From Candidatus Latescibacterota bacterium (GTDB taxonomy: Bacteria > Latescibacterota > UBA2968 > UBA8231): DNA of 64,000 nt. The translations under genes and the position numbers were made by a program. Under the pieces are notes generated by a model. It did not search any database and was not told where the DNA came from. It saw only the letters and a list, made by a program, of their open reading frames with translations. This document shows, in pieces, positions 1-9,212 of this stretch (the first letter of the stretch is position 1; every line of letters starts with the position of its first letter). The stretch covers positions 672,001-736,000 of the forward strand of contig CBDCXV010000009.1 in assembly GCA_965223905.1 (NCBI GenBank), in the 5' to 3' direction.

Positions 1-373
1 CCCCTGGGGGAAGGAAGGCCTGGATGATGTTGGTCTGCTGGAACTCGTAGTGCGACTTGAAGATGACGATCGGCGGTTTCGTCGACAGCTCGTGGCGCAT
101 CAGGGCGCTGATGTGATCGTAGGCCTCCTCGAGAAAGAGGATGGCGCGGTCGGCGAGATCCTCGAACTCCGGCTCGTAGAGCAGCCGCAGGTGCTCACTT
201 TCGACCTCGTGCCAGTCGAAGTCCTTGTAGCGCACCTTGTTCTTGCCGAACCCCTGGCGCAATTGGGAGGACACGACGTCCTGGGCGGCCACCTCGCCCA
301 CGCCCAGGAGGAGACTCACCAAGAGTGCTCCGAGGGGGCCGATGTTTTGAATGCCGGGTTTCAAAACTTTCAC
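1..373 (-). CDS. 5' part of an exported outer-membrane-associated protein (peptidase MA-like N-domain, as in PD40/Omp85-TamA fusion proteins); truncated by the window edge
   Basis: Not in the ORF track; translated manually. GTG at 373 overlaps the upstream TGA (GTGA). MKVLKPGIQNIGPLGALLVSLLLGVGEVAAQ (signal peptide) then GFGKNKVRYKDFDWHEVESEH...YEFQQTNII, open to base 2. Confidence 0.7.
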   Translation of the reverse strand, partial: MKVLKPGIQNIGPLGALLVSLLLGVGEVAAQDVVSSQLRQGFGKNKVRYKDFDWHEVESEHLRLLYEPEFEDLADRAILFLEEAYDHISALMRHELSTKPPIVIFKSHYEFQQTNIIQAFLPPG

Positions 374-1275
374 CTGCTTTCCGGTTCACTTCCGGGAATT
401 TGCCCGTCCGGGTCGCCACTCTCGCCAGCGTCGTCGCCGGACCCGACGGGGGCATCGGGAGCATCCAGTCCGAGATCCTCCAGCTCCGTTGCCAGCGAAT
501 CGACCTGTTCCCCGTCTTTCAGAATCTCTCTCGACTTGCGTCCCTGCAGCCGCCGCAGGTTGGTCCTGTACGCCTCTCGCCTGGGATTGAGAGCCCGTGC
601 CCGCTGATAGGCCAGCTCGGCTTTCTCCCGCTCTCCAAGGCGCTCGTACACGACGCCGAGATTGTTGGACAGGCTCGCCGATACGCTGTCCGCGGCGAGC
701 GCCTTCTCGAGGTGGAACCGCGCTTCCTTCCACATTCCGTTCTCGATGCACCAGAGCGCGTATTCGTTTACTCGCTCGACGTTCTCCTTCTGTCTGCGGC
801 CGCGCGCGGCGTGAAGCGATTTCAGCTCGCGATCCCGCTCCGGGCCCCAGTGGCCGGAGATCTCACTTCCCCCTGTGGCACCCCCGGGACCGCGACTTGG
901 CGGTTCCTCCGCAGTTGAGGCGGGTCCGTCCATCCCGGCTGCGAAGGCCGGTTCCGTTGCCGCAGGATTCACCGGTAGCGAGTCTCCGGAACTGGCAACG
1001 GCGCTCGTAGCACCACCGCCGTCCACGGGAGAACCTGGGGCGACTCCACGGGCCGTATCTTCTTGGACAATCTCACCTTGCGGCCGGTTCCCCGGGTTCT
1101 CCCACCAAGGTTTCTCGGCATCGGGGCGGCGCTTGACCACCTCGAAACAGCCGCTCCAAACCAGGCATGCCCCGACAACCAGCGCGGCGCAAGGGGGCAG
1201 GGCGAGGCGCGTGCCCGGCCGGCAAGCGTCGATTCTTCCCGATTCTGAAGCGACCTTGCAAAAATTGGTTGCCAT
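370..1275 (-). CDS. TPR-repeat protein, probable lipoprotein
   Basis: Hydrophobic stretch ending LVWSGC; TPR-like helices (EARFHLEKAL...SNNLGVVYERLGEREKAELAYQRARALNP); low-complexity acidic flanks. Start uncertain. Confidence 0.7.
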   Translation of the reverse strand: MATNFCKVASESGRIDACRPGTRLALPPCAALVVGACLVWSGCFEVVKRRPDAEKPWWENPGNRPQGEIVQEDTARGVAPGSPVDGGGATSAVASSGDSLPVNPAATEPAFAAGMDGPASTAEEPPSRGPGGATGGSEISGHWGPERDRELKSLHAARGRRQKENVERVNEYALWCIENGMWKEARFHLEKALAADSVSASLSNNLGVVYERLGEREKAELAYQRARALNPRREAYRTNLRRLQGRKSREILKDGEQVDSLATELEDLGLDAPDAPVGSGDDAGESGDPDGQIPGSEPESR

Positions 1276-1720
1276 GGGCTGTCTGCAATGCCGGAGACGG
1301 CGGGCTGAAATCCGCCTTCGGAACGGGGACGGGTATGCGACCGCACTGCTCTCCGATTCGGCCCGGAGTTCCAGCCGGCCCCGGTGCCGGCAAGTACGGT
1401 GCGACTACTGGTCGCTCTGCTGCACTTGCCGGCAGTTTTTCCAGCCGCGCTTCAAGGGGGCAGCGAAATCGACTTCGAGAATATAAGCAGTGACCTGCAG
1501 GACCCCATATGATCCGCATGAAAGTCGCTCCTGCGGGGGGGGATCGACGCAAAGCCCAAGGCTCGCAATGGAGGCCGGAGGATGGATCCAGAGGTGAAGA
1601 CGGTTCATTCGCAAGGGACCGCAGTTCAGAAGGGGATCAACAGGCTCCGCGGATATTCGCGATTTGCCTGCCGCGGCGGCCTGTCTGGGCAGCGGGGAAG
1701 TTATCTGGGCTCTGCCCGTT

Positions 1721-3094
1721 TCATTCGCCATCCGCGGTGGCATACCACCGGAAAGAAGGAAGCCGTCCGCGCAGGATTGGGACCGCGGCGAGTAGGAGGT
1801 AGAAGGGGGCGAACTCGACCCACTTGACCCACGCCTGCTCTTCCCAGACGCCCAGTTCGACGTAGCGTTCCAGTACCTCGTAGGAAAAAACCACCAGCCC
1901 CGAGAGGCAGAGCCAGGCGGGACTGGGGAAAAACGGCAGGAAGGGGAGAATCCAGAGCAGGTACCAGGGGTGCAGAGTCGGGGAGAACAGAATGAAGACG
2001 GCCAGAACCGCGAAAAGCACACGCAGCGGATTGGCGATGAGCACGGGAGCCGCAACGCAGGCGAACGCGACCCCACCGGCGCAGATCAGGCGGGCGGCTG
2101 CATGGGCCCCATCGGTCTCGACCCCGGCAAGCTGCAACCCTTCGAATACGACAGGGAAAACCGAGTCGTTGAAGCGCCATCTCGCCGCGTACGCCGACAG
2201 GCCGTCGAAAAGACCGGTACCTGCACCGGCGTAGGGAGCGTACCCGGCCAGGACCCCGAGAGGCAGAAGCAGAAACGGCAGGCGGCCCCCGGGGCGGAGC
2301 CAGGCGCGCAGGTCCTTCCCATCATGCTTCCCGAACTCGCGCCAGAAGAGCGGTGCCGCCAGCAGCGGGAACAGCTTGCCGAGCACGGCCGCAGCCAGCG
2401 TCAGGGCCGCGGCGGCCCGGCGGCCGTCCAGCATCAGGGCGGCGGCCGCCATCAGCAGCGCACTGCCGAGGGCGTCGATATGGCCGCTGCCGGCGATCTC
2501 GAGCACGGCGAGCGGGTTCCAGAGGTAGAGGAGGACCCATCTGGGGTCGCGCCCGATGCGCCGCAGCAGGAGGATCAGGGTTGCGGCCAGCAGCGCCTCG
2601 CAGCAGAGAAGGGCGATCTTCATCGCCGGCACGGTATGGCTGGCCGCGGAAACACCGAGAAAGAACAGCTGCGCCAGGGGCGGGTAGATCGTCGGCACGC
2701 TCTTGTGGTTGATGTGGGGGTAGTGGGCGTCTCGCAGCCCCTCCACGGCGGCATCCCCGGGGGCGTGCAGATAGGGATTGATTGCGGCGAGCTGGACGCG
2801 GCCGTCCCACAGGTAGCGGTAGATGTCGTCCGACAGACTGGGAGCCGCCGGCAGCAGGGTGAGGCGGAAAACCGCGGCGCCGATCAGGATTGCGGCCAGT
2901 GAGCCGCGCTGCCGCGCAACTGATGCCGCCCCCAGGAGATAACCGGCGAAGGCGATGGCGAACAGCATCCAGAACCGGGGCACGACAGGGCGCAGGTCTC
3001 CCTGTGCGGCGAGAACCAGCCAGGCTCCCTCGACAACGGCGGTGCCTATCCAGAGCGGGCCCTCTCTTCTCGAGCGCTGCAGCAGGGCGCGCAT
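1721..3094 (-). CDS. Membrane glycosyltransferase, GT87/DUF2029-like (GT-C fold)
   Basis: Multiple TM segments; SDDIYRYLWDG, TIYPPLAQ, WNPL..E..GSGHID and HPWY motifs. Confidence 0.8.
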   Translation of the reverse strand: MRALLQRSRREGPLWIGTAVVEGAWLVLAAQGDLRPVVPRFWMLFAIAFAGYLLGAASVARQRGSLAAILIGAAVFRLTLLPAAPSLSDDIYRYLWDGRVQLAAINPYLHAPGDAAVEGLRDAHYPHINHKSVPTIYPPLAQLFFLGVSAASHTVPAMKIALLCCEALLAATLILLLRRIGRDPRWVLLYLWNPLAVLEIAGSGHIDALGSALLMAAAALMLDGRRAAAALTLAAAVLGKLFPLLAAPLFWREFGKHDGKDLRAWLRPGGRLPFLLLPLGVLAGYAPYAGAGTGLFDGLSAYAARWRFNDSVFPVVFEGLQLAGVETDGAHAAARLICAGGVAFACVAAPVLIANPLRVLFAVLAVFILFSPTLHPWYLLWILPFLPFFPSPAWLCLSGLVVFSYEVLERYVELGVWEEQAWVKWVEFAPFYLLLAAVPILRGRLPSFRWYATADGE

Positions 3095-3108
3095 TTGTGC
3101 GGGGGAAA

Positions 3109-3633
3109 TCAGTGGGTCAGCCGGCGGGCGCCCGCGTAGCGGCTGCCGAAATATGGCTGGTTGAGACTGTCGATCACACCGCCCCGGCTCAGGCTGGCGT
3201 GGATGAAGCGGTCATCCCCGACGTAGATGCCGACATGCGAAATGCCCGGGCCGGAGGCGGCAATGCGAAAAAAGAGGAGGTCTCCCGGCCGCAGGTCGTC
3301 ACGGCTGTTGATCGGGGCGCCGACGACGAACATCTGCTTCGAGGTTCTGGGGAGCTCGATTCCGTAAGCCTCGCGCACGATGGCCCGAGCCATGGCGGAG
3401 CAATCCATCCCCCTGCGGGTCGTTCCTCCCCATTTGTAGGGTATTCCGAGGTACCCGTTAGTCACCTGGAGCAACCGCCGGGGACTGCTGTTGCGCAGGG
3501 CGCGCTGGCGGGCCCGCAGCTCCTCCACGACCGCACGGCCACCGGTGGGCTCGCTCGTGTAGCGCGGTGCCGGTGCGCAGGCGGCCAGCAGGGAGAGCAG
3601 CGCGAAGACCGGCAACAGACGGCGTGCAATCAC
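3109..3633 (-). CDS. NlpC/P60 (C40) family cell-wall peptidase lipoprotein
   Basis: Lipobox LAAC; PYKWGG..GMDCS catalytic Cys; HVGIY..FIHAS. Confidence 0.92.
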   Translation of the reverse strand: MIARRLLPVFALLSLLAACAPAPRYTSEPTGGRAVVEELRARQRALRNSSPRRLLQVTNGYLGIPYKWGGTTRRGMDCSAMARAIVREAYGIELPRTSKQMFVVGAPINSRDDLRPGDLLFFRIAASGPGISHVGIYVGDDRFIHASLSRGGVIDSLNQPYFGSRYAGARRLTH

Positions 3634-4595
3634 GCCTGCCTCCGCAACAGCTCCAAGACCCTCTCCATATCCTCCGACAGCGGCGAGGAAAAGCCCGCGG
3701 TCTTTCCGGTGGAAGGGTGTTCGAAAACGAGCCTGCTCGCATGCAGGCCCTGGCGCCCGATCAGCTCGAGCGCCTGCCGCGCGAGGGAGCGGTGCTCCGC
3801 GGCGATTCCGCGCAGTCGGGAGCGTCCCCCGTAGACGGGATCGCCGAAAACGGGATGACCCGCGTGCTGCATGTGGACGCGAATCTGGTGGGTTCTGCCG
3901 GTTTCCAGCTCGACGCGGATCAGGCTCAGGAACGCGAACCGTTCACAGGTCCGGAAATGGGTGACTGCGCGGCGTCCCTTGTCGCGAACCGCCATCTTCA
4001 CCCGGTCGCGGGGGTTGCGGGCGATGGCGGCTTCGATCCGCCCGGCGCCCGGATCTCCCCAGACGACGGCGGTGTAGACACGGCTGAGGGTCCGCGCCTC
4101 GAGCTGGGCGGCGAGGTGGCGGTGGGCGCGGTCGTTCTTTGCGACGACCATCAGGCCGGTGGTGTCGCGGTCGAGACGGTGGACGATGCCGGGCCGCAGG
4201 GCCCCGTTGATGCCGGAAAGATCCTGGCAGCGGTGGAGGAGGGCGTTTACCAGCGTTCCCGTCCGGCATCCGGGAGCCGGGTGAACGGTCATCCCGGCGG
4301 CCTTGTCGACAACCAGAAGATCCTCGTCTTCGTACGGGACCGAGAGGGGGATCTCCTCTGGAAGAAGGTCGAGCCTGCCGGGGGCGGGGATCGTCATGTC
4401 GACGCGGTCTCCGGCCTTGACCCTGTAGCTGGCGCGCCGCGGTTCCCCCCCGACGCGAACGACTCCTTCGTCGATCAGCGTCTGAATACGGCTGCGCGAA
4501 AGGGAGCCGCAACGTTCGGCGAGGAAGCGGTCAAGACGCTCTCCTTCCTCCTCGTCGGTAATGACAACTCGAACCTGGGCGCCGGGGTGGGACAT
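3630..4595 (-). CDS. rluD: RluA/RluD family 23S rRNA pseudouridine synthase
   Basis: N-terminal S4 domain (RLDRFLA), GIVHRLDRDTTG catalytic motif, LETGRTHQIRVH. Confidence 0.92.
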   Translation of the reverse strand: MSHPGAQVRVVITDEEEGERLDRFLAERCGSLSRSRIQTLIDEGVVRVGGEPRRASYRVKAGDRVDMTIPAPGRLDLLPEEIPLSVPYEDEDLLVVDKAAGMTVHPAPGCRTGTLVNALLHRCQDLSGINGALRPGIVHRLDRDTTGLMVVAKNDRAHRHLAAQLEARTLSRVYTAVVWGDPGAGRIEAAIARNPRDRVKMAVRDKGRRAVTHFRTCERFAFLSLIRVELETGRTHQIRVHMQHAGHPVFGDPVYGGRSRLRGIAAEHRSLARQALELIGRQGLHASRLVFEHPSTGKTAGFSSPLSEDMERVLELLRRQA

Positions 4596-4655
4596 GCGCA
4601 GCGGAGTTTGCAGCGTCCCGACGGGAGAACCGTGCGGGGGGTGAAGTGGGTGGCG

Positions 4656-5228
4656 TCAGCTCCCGGAGACGCGCTCGGACTCCGCGACGCCCGGCTCGCC
4701 CTCACCCGGCCGCGGCTCGGGATCCTTTCGACGGCTGTAGCCGATGGCGAGGATGACGATGCCGACGGTCACGAACGAGTCGGCGACGTTGAAGACCGGC
4801 CAGCGCCAGTCCGGCCCGATGCCGAAGTCGAAGAAGTCTATCACCTCCCCCAGGCGAATGCGGTCGATGATGTTGCCGAGCGCCCCGCCGAGAACCATGG
4901 TCACCGCCGCCCGCAACAGCCTTGAATCGGAGGGCAGGGTGCGGAACAGGTAGGCGAGAATGACGAGAGCCACTACCGACACGAAAGTGTGGATCTCGGG
5001 GCCGCCGAAGCTGAGACCGAAGGCGGCGCCGCGGTTGTGGATGTAGGTCAGGCGAAAGAAACCGCCGAGAATCTCTATCGAGTCGTTCCGCGCCATCGCG
5101 GTGGCGACCAGGAGCTTGGTCGCCTGGTCGAGCGCAAGAATCAGGGGAATGAGAAGGAGGGGGAGGGAAAGCCGCTGCCACGGGGATCTTCCGTCGCCGC
5201 CCGGGTTACCAGCCGCTGACCTTGTCAT
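4656..5228 (-). CDS. lspA: Lipoprotein signal peptidase II
   Basis: LDQATK, NRGAAFG, GALGNIIDR, VIDF, FNVAD motifs. Start trimmed to ATG 5228 (track ORF overextends into the dksA-like gene); exact start uncertain. Confidence 0.92.
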   Translation of the reverse strand: MTRSAAGNPGGDGRSPWQRLSLPLLLIPLILALDQATKLLVATAMARNDSIEILGGFFRLTYIHNRGAAFGLSFGGPEIHTFVSVVALVILAYLFRTLPSDSRLLRAAVTMVLGGALGNIIDRIRLGEVIDFFDFGIGPDWRWPVFNVADSFVTVGIVILAIGYSRRKDPEPRPGEGEPGVAESERVSGS

Positions 5229-5586
5229 CCTTCGATTTGCAGGCGATGCACTGCGTTGCCGTCGGCACCGCCTCCAGCCTGGCGCGGCCGATCTCGCCGC
5301 CACAGACGCGGCAGACGCCGAAGGTTCCGTCCTCGATCCGCTGCAGGGCCTCGTCGAGGTAATCGATGTAGTTCCCCTCGCGCTGGGCGAGCAGCAGGTT
5401 CTTCTCCCGCTCCATGGCGTCGGTGCCGCGGTCGGCCATGTGCAGGGAGTACGCGGAGCGGTCTTCCGACGACTCCTGGGCGTCGTCGCTGCGAGAGACT
5501 CTTTCCAACTCTTCGAGGTCGGCATTCGCCTGAACCCGTTTTTCGGTCAGCAGGTTTTTGAAATACCCCAGATCTACGGCATCCAT
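5206..5586 (-). CDS. TraR/DksA C4-type zinc finger protein
   Basis: Coiled coil plus CRVC...RLEAVP...CIAC. Confidence 0.88.
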   Translation of the reverse strand: MDAVDLGYFKNLLTEKRVQANADLEELERVSRSDDAQESSEDRSAYSLHMADRGTDAMEREKNLLLAQREGNYIDYLDEALQRIEDGTFGVCRVCGGEIGRARLEAVPTATQCIACKSKDDKVSGW

Positions 5587-5630
5587 CGGTTTTCAGCTTT
5601 CTGTGGTGATCATCTGAAAGTCTCGAAGGC

Positions 5631-8600
5631 TCAGGCGCGGTCGATGGCGAAGGTGACGGTCTCGCCGTCGATGTCGCTCTCCTTGCGAAGCAGGACCTCT
5701 CCGGGAAGTTCGTCAAGCCGAATCTCGGTTGCCAACGTCTCGGCGGCAATGTAGTTGCGGTGGTGCCGGGAGGCGGACACAACCGGACGGGAACCCGCGA
5801 TCCACAGGCGGATTCGATCCGAAACCTCGAGCCCGGCAGTCTTGCGCAGGTTCTGCACGCGGTTCACCACTTCGCGCGCCGTCCCCTCACGGATCAGCTC
5901 TTTGTCGAGATTTACGTCGAGGCCGACGCACAGGTTGCCGTCGACGGCGACCACCACCCCTTCTTTCTCGCGGCGCGTCAGCTGCACGTCATCGGAGCCG
6001 ATGGTACCTCCGGCGACGGGCATGCGTTCCCCCGTTTCCAGGCGCGCCACCTCGGCGCGTGTCAGCTTCTCGATGAAAGCCGCAACCTCCTTCACGCGCT
6101 TGCCGAAACGGGGTCCGAGCGCCCGGTAGTTGGCCTTGCAGGAAACCTCGCTGATCTCCGCCTCGTCCTCGACGAAAACGACCTCCTTGACGTTGAGCTC
6201 GTCGGCGACGAGGTCGGCGAGGTCGGCGAGCTTTTCGGCACCGCTTTCGTCAGGGGGTAGCAGCAGCACGCGGCCGAGGGGCTGGCGGATTCTGATTTCG
6301 TGCCTGCTGCGCAAGGAGCGTCCCAGGGTCACCGCCCGCGCTGCCAGCGCCATCTGCTGCTCGAGCCCGGAATCGCGCATCTCCTCGTCTGCTTCGGGCA
6401 TGTCGCACAGGTGTACGCTCAGGGGGGCCTCGGGGTCCCACGAGCGCACCAGGTTTTGGTAGATCTTCTCGGTCGCGAAGGGCAGCACCGGCGCCAGGCT
6501 TTTTACGAAGGTCACCAGCACGCGGTAAAGAGTCGCGTACGCCGACGCCTTGTCGTCGTCGTCCTCCGATTTCCAGAAGCGGCGGCGGCTGCGGCGGATG
6601 TACCAGTTGGTGAGCTTCTCGACGAAGGCGACCATGGCCGGCACCGTCCGGTAGAGCCGGTAGGCTTCCATCTCGGCGTTGATGTCGTGGACGAGGGTCT
6701 GCAGCTCCGAGAGGATCCAGCGGTCGAGCAGGTTTGCCGCCCCGGGGTCGCGCGGTTCGGCCGGCGACCAGCGGTCGACACCGGCGTAGGTGACGAAGAA
6801 GCTGTAGGCGTTCCACAGCGGGATGATGACGTCGCGCAGACTCTGCCTGATGCCGGTTTCGGTGAGGCGCATCTCCTCGGCCTTCAGGGCCGGAGAGTTC
6901 AACAAGTAGAGGCGCAGCGCGTCGGCCCCGTAGAGGTCGAGCATCTCCGTCGGCTCGGGGTAGTTCTTCAGCCGCTTGCTCATCTTGCGACCGTCTTCGG
7001 CGAGCAGCATGCCCGTGACGATGCAGTTGCGGTACGCTGGCTTGTCGAACAGGGCCGCGGCGAGGATAGTCAGGGTGTAGAACCACCCCCGCGTCTGATC
7101 GAGGGACTCGGTGATGAAGTCGGCTGGGAAATTCTGCTCGAAGTACTCCCGGTTTTCGAACGGATAGTGGTTCTGCGCGTACGGCATCGACCCGGATTCG
7201 AACCAGCAGTCGAGAACCGCGGGGACTCTCTTCAGCACCCCGTTGCCCGACGGCGCCGGGATCTCGATGCCGTCGACGAACTGCTTGTGCAGGTCGGTGA
7301 CCGTCCGTCCGCTGAGCCGTTCGAGCTCCTCGACGCTGCCGACGCAGACGGCCTCACCTGTTTCGTCGTTGCGCCAGACCGGCAGGGGCGTTCCCCAGTA
7401 GCGGTCGCGGCTGATGCACCAGTCGCGGGCTCCCTGCAGCCACTTTCCGAAGCGCCCGCCTCGGATGTGCTCCGGGATCCACCAGATCTGCTCGTTGGCT
7501 CCCAGCATCGAATCCTTGATGCCCTCGACCCCGACGAACCAGCTCGAAATGGCCCGGTAGATCAGGGGGGATTCACAGCGCCAGCAGAACGGATACGAGT
7601 GCACCAGGGAGCTTTCGCTGAACAACTGGCCCCGGCGCCGCAGCAGGCGGATGATGTCGGTGTCGGCGTCCTTGACGAAGCGGTCTGCGTAGTCGGGGAT
7701 GGCGCCGGTAAAGCGGCAGTCCTCGTCGATCGGGCAGACCGCGGGCAGTCCCTCCCGGAGGCCGAGCTGATAGTCGTCCTCGCCGAAACCAGGTGCGATG
7801 TGGACGATGCCGGTGCCGTCGTCGGTCGACACGAAGTCCGCGGCGACGACGCGGAAAGCGCCCTCGTTCGCGAGCCCTGCGAAACAGTCGAACAGCGGCT
7901 CGTAGCGGAGGCCGAGCAGAGCTTCCGCAGGCTGCTCCTCGACCGCGGCGATCTCGTCCTCGCGCTGACGCAAGACCGGATCGAGCCGCTCGCGGGCCAG
8001 GATCAGCCGTTCGCCGTCGCGCAGCTGCACGCGGACGTACTCGCAGTCCGTGGCGATCGCCAGGGCCATGTTGGCGGGAAGCGTCCACGGCGTCGTGGTC
8101 CAGGCGAGGATCGAGGTGTTTTCCGCCTCCTTCACCCGGAAGCGGATCGTGATCGAAGGGTCCTGGGTATCGCGGTACCCCTGGTTGACCTCGAAGTTCG
8201 ACAACGCCGTGGCGCAGCGCGGGCAGTAGGCCAACGACTTGTAGCCCTCGTAGACGAGGCCGAGGTCCCAGAGGCGCTTGAACACCCACCAGACCGACTC
8301 CATGAACTCCGGGTCCATGGTGAGGTACTGGTTGTCCCAGTCGACCCAGCGCCCGACGCGGCGGACCAGCTGCTCCCACTCGGCCGTGTAGCGAAGCACG
8401 AGCGAGCGGCAGTAGTCGTTGAAGTGCGGCACCCCGTACTCGAGGATGTCCTTGCGCGATCGGAGGCCGAGCTGTTGTTCCGCCTCGTTCTCCACCGGCA
8501 GGCCGTGGCAGTCCCAACCGAAGCGGCGCTCGACCCGGTATCCGCGCATCGTCCAGTAGCGGGCCACCACGTCCTTGACGATGGAAACCAACAGGTGCCC

Positions 8601-8804
8601 GTAGTGGGGCAGGCCGCTCGCGAATGGCGGGCCGTCGTAGAAAATGAAAGGGTTGGCCTCCGGTCTCGACTGCACGGACAGCTCGTAGGCGGAGGTCTGC
8701 TCCCACAGCTCCAGGGTTTTCCGCTCCTGGGCCGGGAAGTCGACCTGGGAGGGCACCGGATCGAAGATTGGGGGCGGACTCTGTTTGCGGGCGGATTCCA
8801 CCAT
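5631..8804 (-). CDS. ileS: Isoleucine--tRNA ligase, type 2 (archaeal/eukaryote-like)
   Basis: DGPPFASGLPHYGH, GWDCHGLP, WTTTPWTLP, DWCISRDRYWG, KMSKR; 1057 aa. Confidence 0.97.
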   Translation of the reverse strand: MVESARKQSPPPIFDPVPSQVDFPAQERKTLELWEQTSAYELSVQSRPEANPFIFYDGPPFASGLPHYGHLLVSIVKDVVARYWTMRGYRVERRFGWDCHGLPVENEAEQQLGLRSRKDILEYGVPHFNDYCRSLVLRYTAEWEQLVRRVGRWVDWDNQYLTMDPEFMESVWWVFKRLWDLGLVYEGYKSLAYCPRCATALSNFEVNQGYRDTQDPSITIRFRVKEAENTSILAWTTTPWTLPANMALAIATDCEYVRVQLRDGERLILARERLDPVLRQREDEIAAVEEQPAEALLGLRYEPLFDCFAGLANEGAFRVVAADFVSTDDGTGIVHIAPGFGEDDYQLGLREGLPAVCPIDEDCRFTGAIPDYADRFVKDADTDIIRLLRRRGQLFSESSLVHSYPFCWRCESPLIYRAISSWFVGVEGIKDSMLGANEQIWWIPEHIRGGRFGKWLQGARDWCISRDRYWGTPLPVWRNDETGEAVCVGSVEELERLSGRTVTDLHKQFVDGIEIPAPSGNGVLKRVPAVLDCWFESGSMPYAQNHYPFENREYFEQNFPADFITESLDQTRGWFYTLTILAAALFDKPAYRNCIVTGMLLAEDGRKMSKRLKNYPEPTEMLDLYGADALRLYLLNSPALKAEEMRLTETGIRQSLRDVIIPLWNAYSFFVTYAGVDRWSPAEPRDPGAANLLDRWILSELQTLVHDINAEMEAYRLYRTVPAMVAFVEKLTNWYIRRSRRRFWKSEDDDDKASAYATLYRVLVTFVKSLAPVLPFATEKIYQNLVRSWDPEAPLSVHLCDMPEADEEMRDSGLEQQMALAARAVTLGRSLRSRHEIRIRQPLGRVLLLPPDESGAEKLADLADLVADELNVKEVVFVEDEAEISEVSCKANYRALGPRFGKRVKEVAAFIEKLTRAEVARLETGERMPVAGGTIGSDDVQLTRREKEGVVVAVDGNLCVGLDVNLDKELIREGTAREVVNRVQNLRKTAGLEVSDRIRLWIAGSRPVVSASRHHRNYIAAETLATEIRLDELPGEVLLRKESDIDGETVTFAIDRA

Positions 8805-8886
8805 GGCGCTGGTTGCCGGTCTGTCGCCGGCCGCTTGGTTTACTCTGCGTGCCGGGAGCTGAAGGTCGGCTCGCTGTATTCGGTCC

Positions 8887-9171
8887 CTACAGATGGATGC
8901 TGCGCAGAAACCAGATGACGATCTGCAGCAGCAGGATCAGGAACAGAGGGGTGAAATCCAGTCCGGTCGACCACAGGACATTCGGCACGTAAGGGCGCAA
9001 CCTGGCGAGCGCAGGCTCGGTCACGGCGCGCAGAAACCGGACGATCGGGTTGTAAGGGTCGGGATTTATCCAGGAGATCACCACCGCGACGATCACCACA
9101 TACATGTAACCAGTCAACAACGAGACGATGATCCCGATGACCCCCATCAGGAAATAACTGTGATCGAACAA
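8887..9171 (-). CDS. yggT: YggT family membrane protein
   Basis: SWINPDPYNPIVRFLRAVTEP...GLDFTP; TTG start with AGGAG RBS. Confidence 0.9.
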   Translation of the reverse strand: MFDHSYFLMGVIGIIVSLLTGYMYVVIVAVVISWINPDPYNPIVRFLRAVTEPALARLRPYVPNVLWSTGLDFTPLFLILLLQIVIWFLRSIHL

Positions 9172-9212
9172 AGGAAACTCCTAATAACTGTGATCGAACA
9201 AAGGAAACTCCT
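9153..9212. repeat. Exact 30-bp tandem duplication (aataactgtgatcgaacaaaggaaactcct x2)
   Basis: Copies at 9153-9182 and 9183-9212; covers the yggT RBS, start and first codons. Confidence 0.97.

Noticed and set aside
1530-1655. 6S RNA, tmRNA or riboswitch
   Set aside because: Could not match conserved termini or aptamer motifs by eye; left as an unassigned structured region
6300-8918. 872-aa plus-strand ORF
   Set aside because: Antisense shadow of ileS; no motifs; expected from high-GC codon bias
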